Positions 26,501 to 39,008 of a stretch of 64,000 bases of DNA are shown one piece after another. Under the pieces are notes generated by a model, which saw only the letters and a list, made by a program, of their open reading frames with translations, did not search any database and was not told the DNA's origin. Position 1 is the first letter of the stretch. Every line of letters begins with the position of its first letter. A program made the translations under genes and the position numbers. The DNA is from Geosiphon pyriformis uo1 (Eukaryota > Fungi > Glomeromycota). The stretch spans positions 366,152-430,151 of the forward strand of contig JAAOMT010000429.1 of the NCBI GenBank assembly GCA_016748015.1, given 5' to 3'.

Positions 26501-27069
26501 TATATTATTTATACTAATATAAAATTGAAAATAATTAATAAATATTAAAATATTTGGCAATTATTTGTTGACACTTTTTATACAATCTAATTACAATATA
26601 TTATAAAATGAAATAGTTAATATTTTTAAGTTATACAAATTATTGGCTAAAGTGCTCGTTTTTAAAACTGGTATGACAAAACTTCAAATATGTTTAAAGT
26701 AGATTATAAAATATTTGCAATTTACGTTTTGGACATTGAATTTTGCAAAACTTAAAAAATGTGTTAACTAGTTTAAGTAACTAATTATATTCATACCAAA
26801 AAAAAATTTCGGTAAACTCAAAGTGCTTTTTGTTTCTTAAATTTTTAAATATTATGAATAAAAATGACCGATTTCTGTTTAAATGCTAAACGTTTGAATC
26901 AAATTATCGTTAATTAAACTACTTGAATTTAATAATCGTATTCAATATTATTTCCTGATCAAATAAATAATTTTTTGCAGTAAATTAATATCGTTTTCAG
27001 TTTTTGAAATTTCAAATTTTTGTGCACAGTAAATACAAAATTATTTATAATATTTTGTTTTTGTTCTTG

Positions 27070-28550
27070 TTCAATTTTGTCAAGATTGTCGACTTAGAGC
27101 TGAATTACTGCTTTTTCAAACAGGTTATGACTTTAGTGATGATGAAAGTTCAGAAGCAACTAATAAATGACACGCAACCAGTTGGACAAAGGAATATATA
27201 TATTTAGAAATCTCCGCAAAAGCACTAAAAACGAGTTTGAGCTCTCAATTTAAGTAAATAATATATATGTCTTAAATAAAAAGTAAATTTTATTTTCAAT
27301 CGTTCAAACTTCCTCACTAATTTTTCCTAAACGTTTCTGAAAAGATCTCTCGTTGAAATATAAATATTCTTCCTTGCAAATTTATATCAAGTTTAGATAC
27401 CTGTGTATTTCATTAATATTGTTTTATCTAAGAGTGTTCATGAATTATAGCGTTTCTTTGAAACTGGTCAAAAACTACATTAAGACTTTTGTATCAACTA
27501 GTAAACATATTAAAAGTGAATGAATTTTTTTAAACTGAATTATTATAGTTATTAATTTTTTAAAAATTTAATTATTATGACCATTTTATTCAAAAAAAAA
27601 GGCTTAGTTCCTACTGCCTAATGGTAAAAATTGAAATAAATCAAAATATTTCCAAATTGGCCATATAATCTTTACGCAATTAAGTAATAAGTTATTATAG
27701 GAAAATAATAGGACTACAAAAAATTATTATTACCAATTTTGGTGGAAATTCTTTTTTTAATTCAAATGCCTTTTAAAATTTATAAAAATTTCAACATAAA
27801 ATCAAACCCTATTAATAATTAGCTCTGTTTTTCAAGAGGAAACAGCCTCTGATCTTCATAAGAAAGGGAATCTTGAGTTATACATTTTAACTCGGAAATA
27901 TCTACTTATGAGAAAAAAAATATTTTATATAGACTCATTGGGCTTAAACGCTTTGATGTCAGCTTAGTCAATCATTCTGTCTTTATTAAAGAGAATACAG
28001 ATAAGAAATCTAATCATAAAAATGGAATTGATTTTATTGGGCTGTTGTAAAAATTTCTTCGGAGAATAAACAGAAGAATTGAGTATAGCCAAAAGAATTG
28101 AGTATATCAAGCTGCCTAAATGTTCTATCCAATTTTATTTGTATTCACATTTAAAACCAAAACATAATTCTCCAAAAATAATTTATTTACTTAATTTAAA
28201 GCATATTCAGTTAAATTTTTTATTAACCAAATTAGACTCTTTTTGATTTTAATATGTTAAATAAGTATAAAATACCACATTTTATTAAGATTTTAAGTTA
28301 ATATTATAAGATTCTAAATTTTAAATTCATTAAAAGATATAATTTCTCTTTCAAAGTCAACTCTACATAAAATATAAAATGTTTACTTCATCATAAATTT
28401 TTTAATTGATTAGAAAATTTCCAAATTTTATTATTATCAATCCAAGAATTTTTAATTTAGAATCATATATTTATAAAAAGAAATTAATGGTTTAAAAATA
28501 TAAAACTTGTATTTTTAAAAAGATTAATATTTCTAATTAAAAATTTGTTT
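27070..28550. repeat. Inverted repeat arm, partner 15530-16910
   Basis: See partner; colinear reverse-complement match with indels. Confidence 0.9.
27072..27170 (+). pseudogene. Orphan copy of the last codons of the tandem-kinase gene
   Basis: QFCQDCRLRAELLLFQTGYDFSDDESSEATNK* vs RFCQDCRLRAELLLFETVYDFSDDESSDESTPKK* at 16807-16910. Confidence 0.75.
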
Positions 28551-28876
28551 CTTTTAAAAAGAGAGACTTATATTTATAAAATAATTTTATTAAAATATAT
28601 TCTTTTAATTTTTCTTATCAAAACTCAAGATTAATTTACAAATACAACAACTTAAACTGAATTTAATTAAAATTTATTTGGTATGGGTTCATTATAATTT
28701 TCACTTACATGAGAAAAAATACCATTTATAATACATTTATATTTATAATATATCCATAAAAATATATTAAACATATTGAAATGAATTTAATACAATTTAT
28801 TACTAATGTAATTTATGAAAAGACGTTTATAATTAATAGTAAAATAAGTAAATGTTAAATAACCATAAAATTTTGT

Positions 28877-30485
28877 CTATGGTAATTTCTTAGCTTCAGG
28901 CAAATAGACTAATTCTTTAAAAAGTAAAGTGAATTGAATTAAACTTTTAATATATTTTATGATAATTAAATCAATGAATTAATCGATATAAAAAAATAGA
29001 TAAACTAACCTTTAGAAAATTCAACCATCTGTGCAGTTAAAAGACGACTTGTATAAACTGCTTCTGGATGAATGGGAATTGGCGTTGTGGTTGTTGTTGT
29101 TGTTGTTGTTGTCGTTGTTTCCAAGTTGTTCTCTAACATTTCTTTCACGTATATATCTGATTCAATAACCTCTGAATTATAATAATGAATTTTAATCAAC
29201 TTCTCATGAATTTCTTCGGCAGTAGGACGATTCAGTGGATTAACATCCCAACACTTTATAATTATTTCGGCAATTGAAGGTGGAATAAGTGGGAAGGTAA
29301 TCTTAGGTCTTTGACTATTTAAAATAGCCATTATAAGAATATGATCATGAGAACGATCATGAAAAGGAGGCTTTCCTGTTGCTAATTCCCATAATAACAT
29401 GGAAAAACTATAAATATCACCAGCTGAAGTAAACTTTTCTCCTCTTAAAACTTCTGGTGGAATATATGGAATCACTCCATATATCTTTTTTTCCTCTGTT
29501 GTTGTTGCTTCATTATTGTTTACTGATTGACATAATCCGAGGTCTCCAATTATAGCAATTGACGTGCCTAATTGTAGGATGTTCCCTGAGTGTAGATCAC
29601 GATGAACAAAACCACAAGAATGAATTCGTGAAAGTCCCCCAGCTATATCCAGTGCGATGTCTAATTTATCTTCCCAACTCGTAGAATGAAAATTTGTTGA
29701 TAAATATTTTCGCATGTCTCCTTCTGGGGCAAACTGCATTACAATTCCATAGTCGAGTGTTTCAGCATTTTGGGTAAGCCCATAAATTGCAGGGATATTT
29801 CTCAAATGTCCACCCTTCTCAATAAATATAGCTCTTTGAATATTTAACTATTAAGACAGTGTAAAAAAGTAAATAGATAATATAGATAAATGATAGATAA
29901 TATAGATAAATAATGAATAAAATATATATAGTGGATTAATAATAGATAAATATGAATTAATTGAAAATGATTAAATACAAATATAAATGATAATACTTTG
30001 GTTACCTCTTTAAACACTTCTGAACTGTTCTTTGACATAAATTTTATTGCTACTTTCATCCCTTTTACATTCCTTTTATATTCCATTGAACCACCATGTT
30101 TTATACTCCAGTCATAAATTAATCCATCAATTAGGATTGCTTTATATATTATACCAAACCCTCCTCTACCAATCTCCTTGATATTCGACAAACGCTCCCA
30201 TGGAATCCATTCATAGTAACTAACTTTACCATTCAAATAATCATTTTCATTATTAGGTGGAATATATATTGGATTCTTAATTATTTCATTAACTACTTTA
30301 TTGCCGCTTGAAAAGTTGCGATAAAGTTTTTTAACAAATATGAAATGGCATGCACGACAATAATTATTATCATTATTTTTAATACTCTCTTGACACCATT
30401 TACATTTTTTGCAATTATGAGCGTATGGACGATGGCATTTAACATAAGATTCAGATTGGGTTTTTTTAGTTTGAAAATTGCCCAT
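28877..30485 (-). CDS. TKL-type Ser/Thr/Tyr protein kinase with Cys-rich N-terminus and probable N-myristoylation site
   Basis: MGNFQT start. Exons 30006-30485 and ~29010-29847, plus a probable short last exon (ELVYLPEAKKLP*, stop 28877). Motifs GRGGFG, VAIK, HRDLHSGN, GDLG, YIPPE, DIYS, CWD..RPTA, HPEAVYTSR; poly-Thr from an ACA repeat. Confidence 0.88.
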
Positions 30486-32179
30486 AGTGAATAAAAAGTT
30501 AATAGGTTATTATTCGAAGAGGGTTTTTTTAAAGCTTTATTTGATAGTACATTTAGAAAGGTAGAATTGGTATTTATGCTGTTTTTCTATGTTAACATAG
30601 TTTGAAGATGTCATTATTCATTAAACTATTATTCGTTACAAAATAAGTTTAATTATGAATAAATTTAGGTAACTATAGTACATACACAAAGACACTAAAC
30701 AAAATTTTCCCTAAATGAGCTATTCACAACAAAAACAACAACCAATAATAAAACTAATTAATTGTGACATTATGTGAAGCATAAAAAATGATTATGAAAC
30801 CTATCATTACTCCTTGCATAAACTTTATTTCATAATTTTAAAACAGTATAATTATTTCGGGCTTCTTAAATATCAAAAAGCCTCATTTTTCAAAATAAAA
30901 TATTAGGTATTTTATTAATATAGTTATTTTTAGTTTGTCTAACACCAAATCAGAAAAGTTTTATTAAGGGCCCCTTTTAGTTTCTTGTTTTTATTAGCCC
31001 TCGGGTTCTTTTTAAAACTAAATTTGAATGCTTCAATCGATCATTAATTATCCGATTAAGGTATTCCAAAAGAAATTCTCCTAGGAATCAGTATGTTTTT
31101 ATAGTTAAAAAAATACCTTTCAAAATTTATTAAAAAATAACATGTTAATTATCCAATTATAAGATTCTTTAATTATTGATTCATTTTTTTCAATTTAGTA
31201 ATTTAATGTGTATAAATTTGTTTGATTTAATTAATTTACAATAATTATGCCTTATTTAAATTTATTAAAAAATATTCAAGTTATTATCAATGATATTTAA
31301 ATATTATTATTCAAAAATAAAATAAACTTGGTGATTATATTAATATATTAATATATTATTCTTTTAAAAATAACAATAAGATTTTTTATATTAATCTAAT
31401 TTTATTTTTTTAAATTACATTTAAAATTCTGTATAAACATAACACTATTATTTTCAAAAAATTATATTATTGATTAATTAAATCAAAAGATTTTTTAAAT
31501 CCATCATTTGCTTTTTTTAAAAATTATTAATTGATATTTCTTATAATTTTATATTAAAAGCTTTTATTTATTTGAAATTAAAATCTATAAAAAATTTTAT
31601 TTTTATTTTCTAAATTATTTTATTCTTTCTCCAATATTAATTTAAAATATTAACATATTATTTTTATATAAAAAAAACTTGACATATGCCTGATATTTCA
31701 ATCATCTCTTCACCAATTGTTTATGAATTTTGTATAAAAAGTTTGAATGATCATTATTAGAATTTTAGTTTGATCTTTTCTATTGTTACTTTGGGTTTAA
31801 GTTCTAATTTCTATTTTATATTGCAAACAGCAAGATAATGAAGCTTTTTGTATTTATTTCATCCATTAATAATGTTTTAGGAATAAAAATCGATAATACA
31901 ATTTATAAGCGCTATTTTAAGTTATAAATTTGAATGATGATTTCCTTAACGGAAAAATATGAGTAAAATTAATTTCATTAATGGAATATTAAATTCGGGG
32001 CTAAAAGCTAATAATAGTGTAAATAACAAATAATAAATAGTTTTCGGTTAGAGAATTTGATTTTATCCAATTATTTTTGTAACCTTTAATTAATCTACTT
32101 TCGGCGGATACCAATAATCTTTAGAAAATTTACCTATTATTAACTTTTTTGTAAATTAGTCTTTCTTTTTTTTCTTGAC

Positions 32180-32420
32180 ACAAAATTTTTATAATAATTT
32201 TTAAATTATTGTATTTTTACTGGTTGTAATTATTTTTAAATGATTTTTTAAGTGATTTTAAATCTAATCTATTTTAAAAGTAGATTGTTTTAATTTTCAA
32301 TTTTCAATTTTATAATGTAAATATTTTTGACACAATACTAGTAAATTGCAATATAAGATTAAAGTATTTAATAAAAAATTAAAACTTTTATGTAAAAAAT
32401 AATTTAAGTTTTTTTTTGCA
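32180..32420. repeat. Inverted repeat, partner 14950-15200
   Basis: Reverse-complement match to 14950-15200. Confidence 0.75.
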
Positions 32421-33344
32421 TTACTTATTGATCTTTTTTTTCTAAGATTAATTTATTAATAATAAATATAAAAACAAGACATTAAACACTGATTAATAAT
32501 ATTTTTGTTATATAAACAATTTATGATTAAACCATTTTAATCAAAAATATTAATTGTTATTTTAATATACAATATTTTGAACATGGTATTTTTATAATTA
32601 TAATTAAAGTAGAAAATTTGTAATTTCTTTATTTTTTAAAGTATTTAATAATATTTTTACTAATATAATATTTGATAACAATTTATTAAAATGTTAAAAA
32701 ATATTTTTTTGGTGTTTTTAATCTTAATTTTAATGTTTAAAGCCAGTTTTTTTTTATAAAAAATAAAGCTTTGATTTTTTTTGGTTTTTTTGCCAGTTTT
32801 ATTTATATTAATTATAATATTTAGCTTTATTATGATTATAAATAATAAAAATTTAATTTGGATTAGTTTTTAACTAATTATTAGTGGTTTTAAAAACAAA
32901 AAAATTATGTTTTTACATATTATTTTGTTCAATTAGTTTATTAAGTTATTTAATTTTAAAAATTATTTATCAGTTTTTAAAAATTTTCAAAATAAATAAT
33001 TTTTATTTTAGTATTTAATGTTTTTTAAGATTAATTGGCTTATTTTAAAACTGGTTTCTAATTAATATATGGTTTTATTAATTTAAAATTTGTTTTTAAA
33101 AATAATATTAAGTTTTTTATATGGAATTTTTTTTAAATATTGTTATTTAAATTAAATTTGTTATTTTATTTATTTTTTTATTTTTAAATTTATTAAATCT
33201 TTAATAGTTTTTGAGTTTACATTTTTTTTTGTTGTTATAATTTTGTAAAATGTGTTTAAAAATGTTTAAATTGCTAATAATAAAAATATTTTTAGTTTTT
33301 TTTAACAAATATTTCTTAAAATTTATTGGTATTTGACAATATAT

Positions 33345-34073
33345 TATTATGATTAAAAATTATAGTTTTTATTAATTATTACATGTATTAGCCATTAATG
33401 TCACATAATTAATCACTTTATTTTTAAATAGTAATTATTAACTTAATTAATGACCTGATTATTAATCTAATTAATAATCTGATTATTAACTTTATTATTA
33501 ACCTGATTATATATCTGATTATTGATTTAATCATTGACCATTTTCAATAACTATATAAGCAATAAGTTTTTTAATTATAATAGTATCAATAATCAAAGTA
33601 ACAAAATAAAACTCACTATCAATTACTTCTTTTTATATTGCTAATTTTTTTTTTTACCTTCAAGTATCTAAACATCTTAGGATAAAAGATTACTTATTAG
33701 CATTTACATATCTTATTTTTTTTTTGATTTGTATTTATTAAAATTAGTTTAAAAAGCAATTGCTTGCTTTTGTAATTTATTGAATAAAAAAATAATTAAA
33801 AAGCATGATAATACTTATTATTAATTCTAAAAATTGCTAAATGAAACATAAAATAATAGTAGTAGTGTTATTTTATTGACAATTATAGATTATTCTTCTA
33901 CTTTTAGATTCAGAAAATATTCACAATTGTGATTTTTATGAGACTAATTACACATATTAAATTTTTACTTATTTAATTTGTTCTTTTATTGTAATTTTTT
34001 TTTGATTAATTTTATTATCTTATAATTTTGTTTTCTCTTGCTATTTATTAGCTTATTATTCTAATCTGTAATA
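33345..34073 (+). repeat. 5' LTR (729 bp) with internal ~12-bp tandem repeats
   Basis: Colinear with 41142-41868; ends TATTATG...TGTAATA are decayed TG...CA. Confidence 0.9.
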
Positions 34074-34079
34074 TAAAAG

Positions 34080-34095
34080 TAGTGCTTTCTGTGAG
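34080..34095 (+). promoter_or_regulatory. Primer-binding site (decayed TGGTGCTTTCTGTGAG; possibly elongator tRNA-Met)
   Basis: TAGTGCTTTCTGTGAG lies 6 nt after the 5' LTR and is absent after the 3' LTR. The tRNA identity is inference. Confidence 0.6.
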
Positions 34096-37064
34096 ATTAT
34101 CAAAATTCACTTGTTTTTTATTGTATAAATAATTATTTATACTTGCTACAATAATTAAAAAAATACTTTATAGTACACAACAGAAATAATCTAGATTTTA
34201 TTAAACTCAATTTTCTGCTCTTTTGTTTGAGCTGCTTTTCTATTGAAAAACAATCCAGTAGACAATTTTAAAATTTTTGGAACTGGTTTTTAAATGAATA
34301 TTTAGCTAAAATCTATACAGCCTATACAATCTATTTCTTTGATTAAGCTTACTTTAAAAAAACTTTTAAAAAAAAACAACAATATTAATTAGCTTTTATA
34401 CTCAATAATTTTTTCTTAAGTAAATCAAACTATTTTACACAAATAGCTACTCTTAAACCAATGGCTGCTAACTTCATGCAAACAAATATTTTGGCTACTC
34501 TTTAAAATATACAAACTGCTTTAAAGTAAAAAAACAACACCTTACTATTATTATTTAGAGGTAATATTTAAGACCTAATTAAATAATTAGATAATTTTAA
34601 AAAAATAGTTACAACCAACTAATATAATACTGAATACAAATTCCAAATTATTGGTGGCTATTTTCAAAGTTTTTCTGCCACCTGGTTCTTACAAAAAATT
34701 AATGTTGATGCTCACTAAAAAATTATCAAATAGACACTAATAAATACTGGAAAAAAAACACTTCCTTTACTACTTGGTTTAAAAACAAATTTAAAATTCA
34801 CATCTTGATTTCTAAATAGCATATAAAACTAGAAAAAAAACTCAAAGTTTTAGTAAAGTTGTAACTGAATATATGAAAACAATAAAAAAGCTTATCAAAT
34901 GAATAAATTTTAGAAAAAATTAAACTGAAGAACAAAAAATTTATTTCTTTACAAAATAATTAAGAACCAACTTATTTTATGTTCTGTGGTTTTTTTTGGT
35001 TTTAAAAAATAATTTTATAATAGATATGGCCATTAAACTTGGGCAAAAGATTAAAGACAATCAAAAAATACATTTGAAATCTACTTTTCCAGTTTTTGCT
35101 TCTGCTCTTATTTTGACTTCTGCTTCTTAAATGACTGCTATCTCTTTTGCCTTGCTAACAATAACAATATTACTTTTCTAATTTCCAAAGCCTAAGTGAT
35201 TGGCTATTTTATTAACTTGATTCTAAACAGTAGATTATCTGTAAGTATTATTGTCAAACATTTTATAAAAGCCATTAGTAGAAAAATTAATAAACTCTTA
35301 ACAAGACTTATAAATAATATACACAGTAACAAAAAAAAAGACTTGATATTACCAAAGCTGTTTTTGTTTGCATTAATGGCATTAGCATTAAAACTAACAT
35401 AGAAGTATTTAAAGCCAATAAATATACTATAATTATTAATAATGAATAACTTAAGAAAGCCAAAGTCTTACTTGATTATGAACTGTGTAAATTAACCATC
35501 AAATGTGATAAAAAGCCCATTATAGTTAAATGTTATTATTAAACAACTTCTTCAGTACTCAAGCAAAGTCCAAAAAAAAAACAATCAGATAAATTAAATA
35601 ATAAAAAAACCAATAAAAACAAATAAAAAAAAACTATTAAACTTGTCTACACTATTTTTACCAGCAATAACAAATTCCTAAACAATATTAAAGCTAACAA
35701 AAAAGAAATTATTGTAAATAGTAAGCTAATCTGTTAGTTTTACTATAATATTTTTAAAAGAATTTTTGATAAAAAGCCTGACAAAAAAGCCAAATATAAT
35801 TATTGGTAACATAGTTTTTGTATTTAATACTGGTATAATAAACTATTGTATTCTCTCAATAATAAATACATGTTCTGTTTAATTTACTACAAATATTGAA
35901 AACTTATTAGCTTGATATTTAAAGAAAAAATAAAAAAAATACAGAAGTTTTTTGAAAGTAAACTACCAAAAATACAGTCATTAATAATAGAACAAAGAAA
36001 ATTTTTTCTTAAAAAAAAAAATAGATATTAAAAACTTGTTTTATCTATTTGAAGTCTTATTAATCTAATTATTATAATAATAAGTTTATTAAGAAAAAAA
36101 TAAACTGAATAAAAAATCTTAAATTCATACAAAAAACCAAAAATAAATAGGCATTTCCAGTTGTAGTAATATTCAGAAAAAGTAGAACCCTATGCTTTTG
36201 TGTCAAATACTATTAATTAAATGCTATTATTAAAAGAGATATATATCTACTTCCCAAAATTAATGCAATCTTAGATCAATTTAATAGTGTTGCTTTCTTT
36301 TTAATTATCAATTTAACTATTGAATTCTGGTAAATAAAAATAAATTTAGAAAACAGAAAAAAACTGCCTTTATTATCAAATATAATACTTATAAATTTAC
36401 AATTATTTCTTTTGGTTTTATCAATACTTCTCTTATTTTTCAACATTTAATGAACAAAATATTTAAATTAATAAAAAAAAACTTTGTTCTAATCTATTTA
36501 AACATAATAATATATTCAAAAACCTGAAATAAATATTTTAAACATTTACAAAAGATTTTTAATTTCCTTAGAAATATTGACTTCAAGATCAATCTAATTA
36601 AATATTTTTTTGGATGACAATCTACTCAGTTTTTTGGTTATCTTATTATAAAAAATAAAATTTTCTTTAATTCAAAATATTAAACAATTAATAAACATTC
36701 ATAAATTATGCTTTTTTCTTGGTTTGGTATCTTATTATCAAAAGTTTGTCAAAAATTTTTCCAAAATTGTTTTTTTTCTTAATTAACTACTTAAAAAAAC
36801 TGTCAATTATTATTAAAATATATATTAACAAAAAGTTTTTAAAACTCTAAAAAAAAACTAGTTATTAAACCAATTCTTATGCAATTTAATTTGAATCAAC
36901 TTTTTATTTTCTACATTAATACATCTGGCTTTGAACTTGGTGTTGTTTTTTTCTAAAAAAATAAAAATAACAAAGAACATATTATAGTTTATATCAACCA
37001 ATTACTTTTTTTAGCAGAACAAAACTACTCAATTATTAAACAAAAATATTTAGTAATAGTATAG

Positions 37065-38059
37065 TGTTACCTGAATAAAAAAATTAATTCAAAGTTATAA
37101 AAAAAACATGACTAAAAATGTAATGACATAAAATAACACAGAATAACGTAAAAAAATACAGAATAATATATAATAATATAGAATAACATGTTATAACATA
37201 GTATAATGTGTAATAATATAGAATAACATGTTATAATATAGTATAATGAGTAATAATATAAGATAATGTGTTATAACATAGTATAACTAGCAATAACATA
37301 GAAAAACAAAGCAATAACAGAAATAACAAAGCAATCAAAAACAATTTTGTAGAACAAAAAGAATGTATAAAAATAAATAGCTATAGAAGTTAAAAAGACA
37401 TCCAAAGAAAAAATTAGACTTTCAGAGTCAATTAGACTCATAAGTCATAATTATTAAATACTTCTTTTTTCAAGAATAGTTGCTATCAACCAAAATTGAA
37501 TTATATCAATAAAATATCTCTTTAATTCTTCAAATCTATGTTATTATTTACTACTTAACTTGCTGGTACAATAGCTCTTAATTATGACTATTAATAGAAC
37601 ATTTATTTCTTATTTTATTTTCTTTATTTTTTTATTTTTTTTTTATTTTATTTTATTTTTTTTATTTTTCTTATGGAATAACAACATAAGAATATTAACT
37701 GTCTGGAAATAGACTTTGTGATAGCCTGATAAAAAAGGGAAGCTCTCTCTAAGTTTTAGATATTAACACTATTTTAATAACTTATCAGAAGAGCAAAAAA
37801 ACAACACCAGATCCTAACAATTGCACTTATTAGCTCAAAGAAGATAGCTCATATTTATAAGAAGTTGCAATCAGCAAAAGCCAAACTTCTGTGTCTTATA
37901 ACCAAAAAACTTAATAAGTAAATTCACAACCAGTAAATAAGATCTTCAGAAATTGATAATTAAAACTAAGTCAACAGAACTACACAAAAACATATATTAC
38001 TGATAATTGAAAGCACTAAATGTTACCATTTTCCTATCCCATCAAGTTTACTCATAACA
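37065..38059. mobile_element. Nested solo LTR 1 (995 bp)
   Basis: TGTTA...TAACA ends with a 4-bp TSD ATAG (37061-64 and 38060-63). Removing it rejoins RNase H (IV|W-derived codons, then ..KYFFGVKFLVLTD). Confidence 0.85.
37120..37335. repeat. ~10-bp tandem repeat array (40-bp higher-order period) inside solo LTR 1
   Basis: GAATAACATG TTATAACATA GTATAATGTG TAATAATATA repeated with transition variants. Confidence 0.8.
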
Positions 38060-38142
38060 ATAGACTACTAATTATTAAGATAAATATTTTTTTGGTGTCA
38101 AATTTTTGGTATTAACAGATTATTAAGCCTTGGTTTGGCTGC

Positions 38143-39008
38143 TGTTATGGGATGGTTTTCTTGTTATATTTAATTGCTGATATCCTGCTTTAATTGCAAT
38201 CAGTCTTTCGTAAGTTCCTCAATTCTATTTGTGTGATAATGTCACTGTTACACTGAAGGCTTTCTTTTTACTGTTGCAATGTAAGTTATTCTTTAATTCT
38301 TGATTGTTGTGTGTGTTTATGTACTCCTTCTTAGAGGCTGAACTGAAATCTACCCACTGTCTGGGGTCTTCTCTGAGGCTATCCTTGCAATTGCCTGATG
38401 TGTTTCTCTAATCTAGAAACACAGAATGTTAATGGTCTTTAGCGCTTTTCTAATTCTCACAATAAAGCTTTTATCAATTAGTAACAACGTGAATAATCTT
38501 GATCAAGGATTATTCTTTCAAGGTATTCAGTTGATGAATGATAGTTTCATTCAATAAATAATACAAGTAAGTTTCTTAATACTTTGGGTTGTGATAGTTC
38601 AGTTTTAAATATTATTTTTCATTTCTTTTTGATTTTAAAGGTTTCTTGGGATATTTAATTTGAAAGTATGATTTAAAGTGGAGTTTGTTGGATAAAATTG
38701 GATCTATTGCTTGATAAGTTATGATTTTTATTACTTGATTGATTCTTTCCCAATATTAAAACTACTGTATATATACATGTTTGTAGTTCTATGAGAAAAT
38801 ACTTTCTTTTTGATATTTCAACCTGGTGCTTGCTGCTATCACCAGTTGGTGTTGGCTGCTATTGTGAACTGGTGCTTGCCACTATCACAAGATGGTGTTT
38901 GCTACTATGTTAATCATTACCTTTCTAAGATTATTACTGTGCTATATTATGATTGAATAGTTTGTATTATTTTTATGATTCTTTTTGCTAAATTCTTAAA
39001 CCGTAACA
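38143..39008. mobile_element. Nested solo LTR 2 (866 bp)
   Basis: TGTTATGG...CCGTAACA ends with a 4-bp TSD CTGC (38139-42 and 39009-12). Removing it rejoins ALVWL|HKK..FDYNIQY of the RNase H tail. Confidence 0.88.
38823..38912. repeat. 23-bp tandem repeat (~4 copies) inside solo LTR 2
   Basis: CTGGTGCTTGCTGCTATCACCAG / TTGGTGTTGGCTGCTATTGTGAA / CTGGTGCTTGCCACTATCACAAG / ATGGTGTTTGCTACTATGTT. Confidence 0.8.

Noticed and set aside
32420-33340. Naming the older element (also 41870-43250) into which the Gypsy inserted
   Set aside because: Too eroded to read any motif; family cannot be supported.
37120-37335. Regular repeats that might suggest a CRISPR array
   Set aside because: Contiguous tandem units without unique spacers, inside a solo LTR in eukaryotic DNA; no cas genes.
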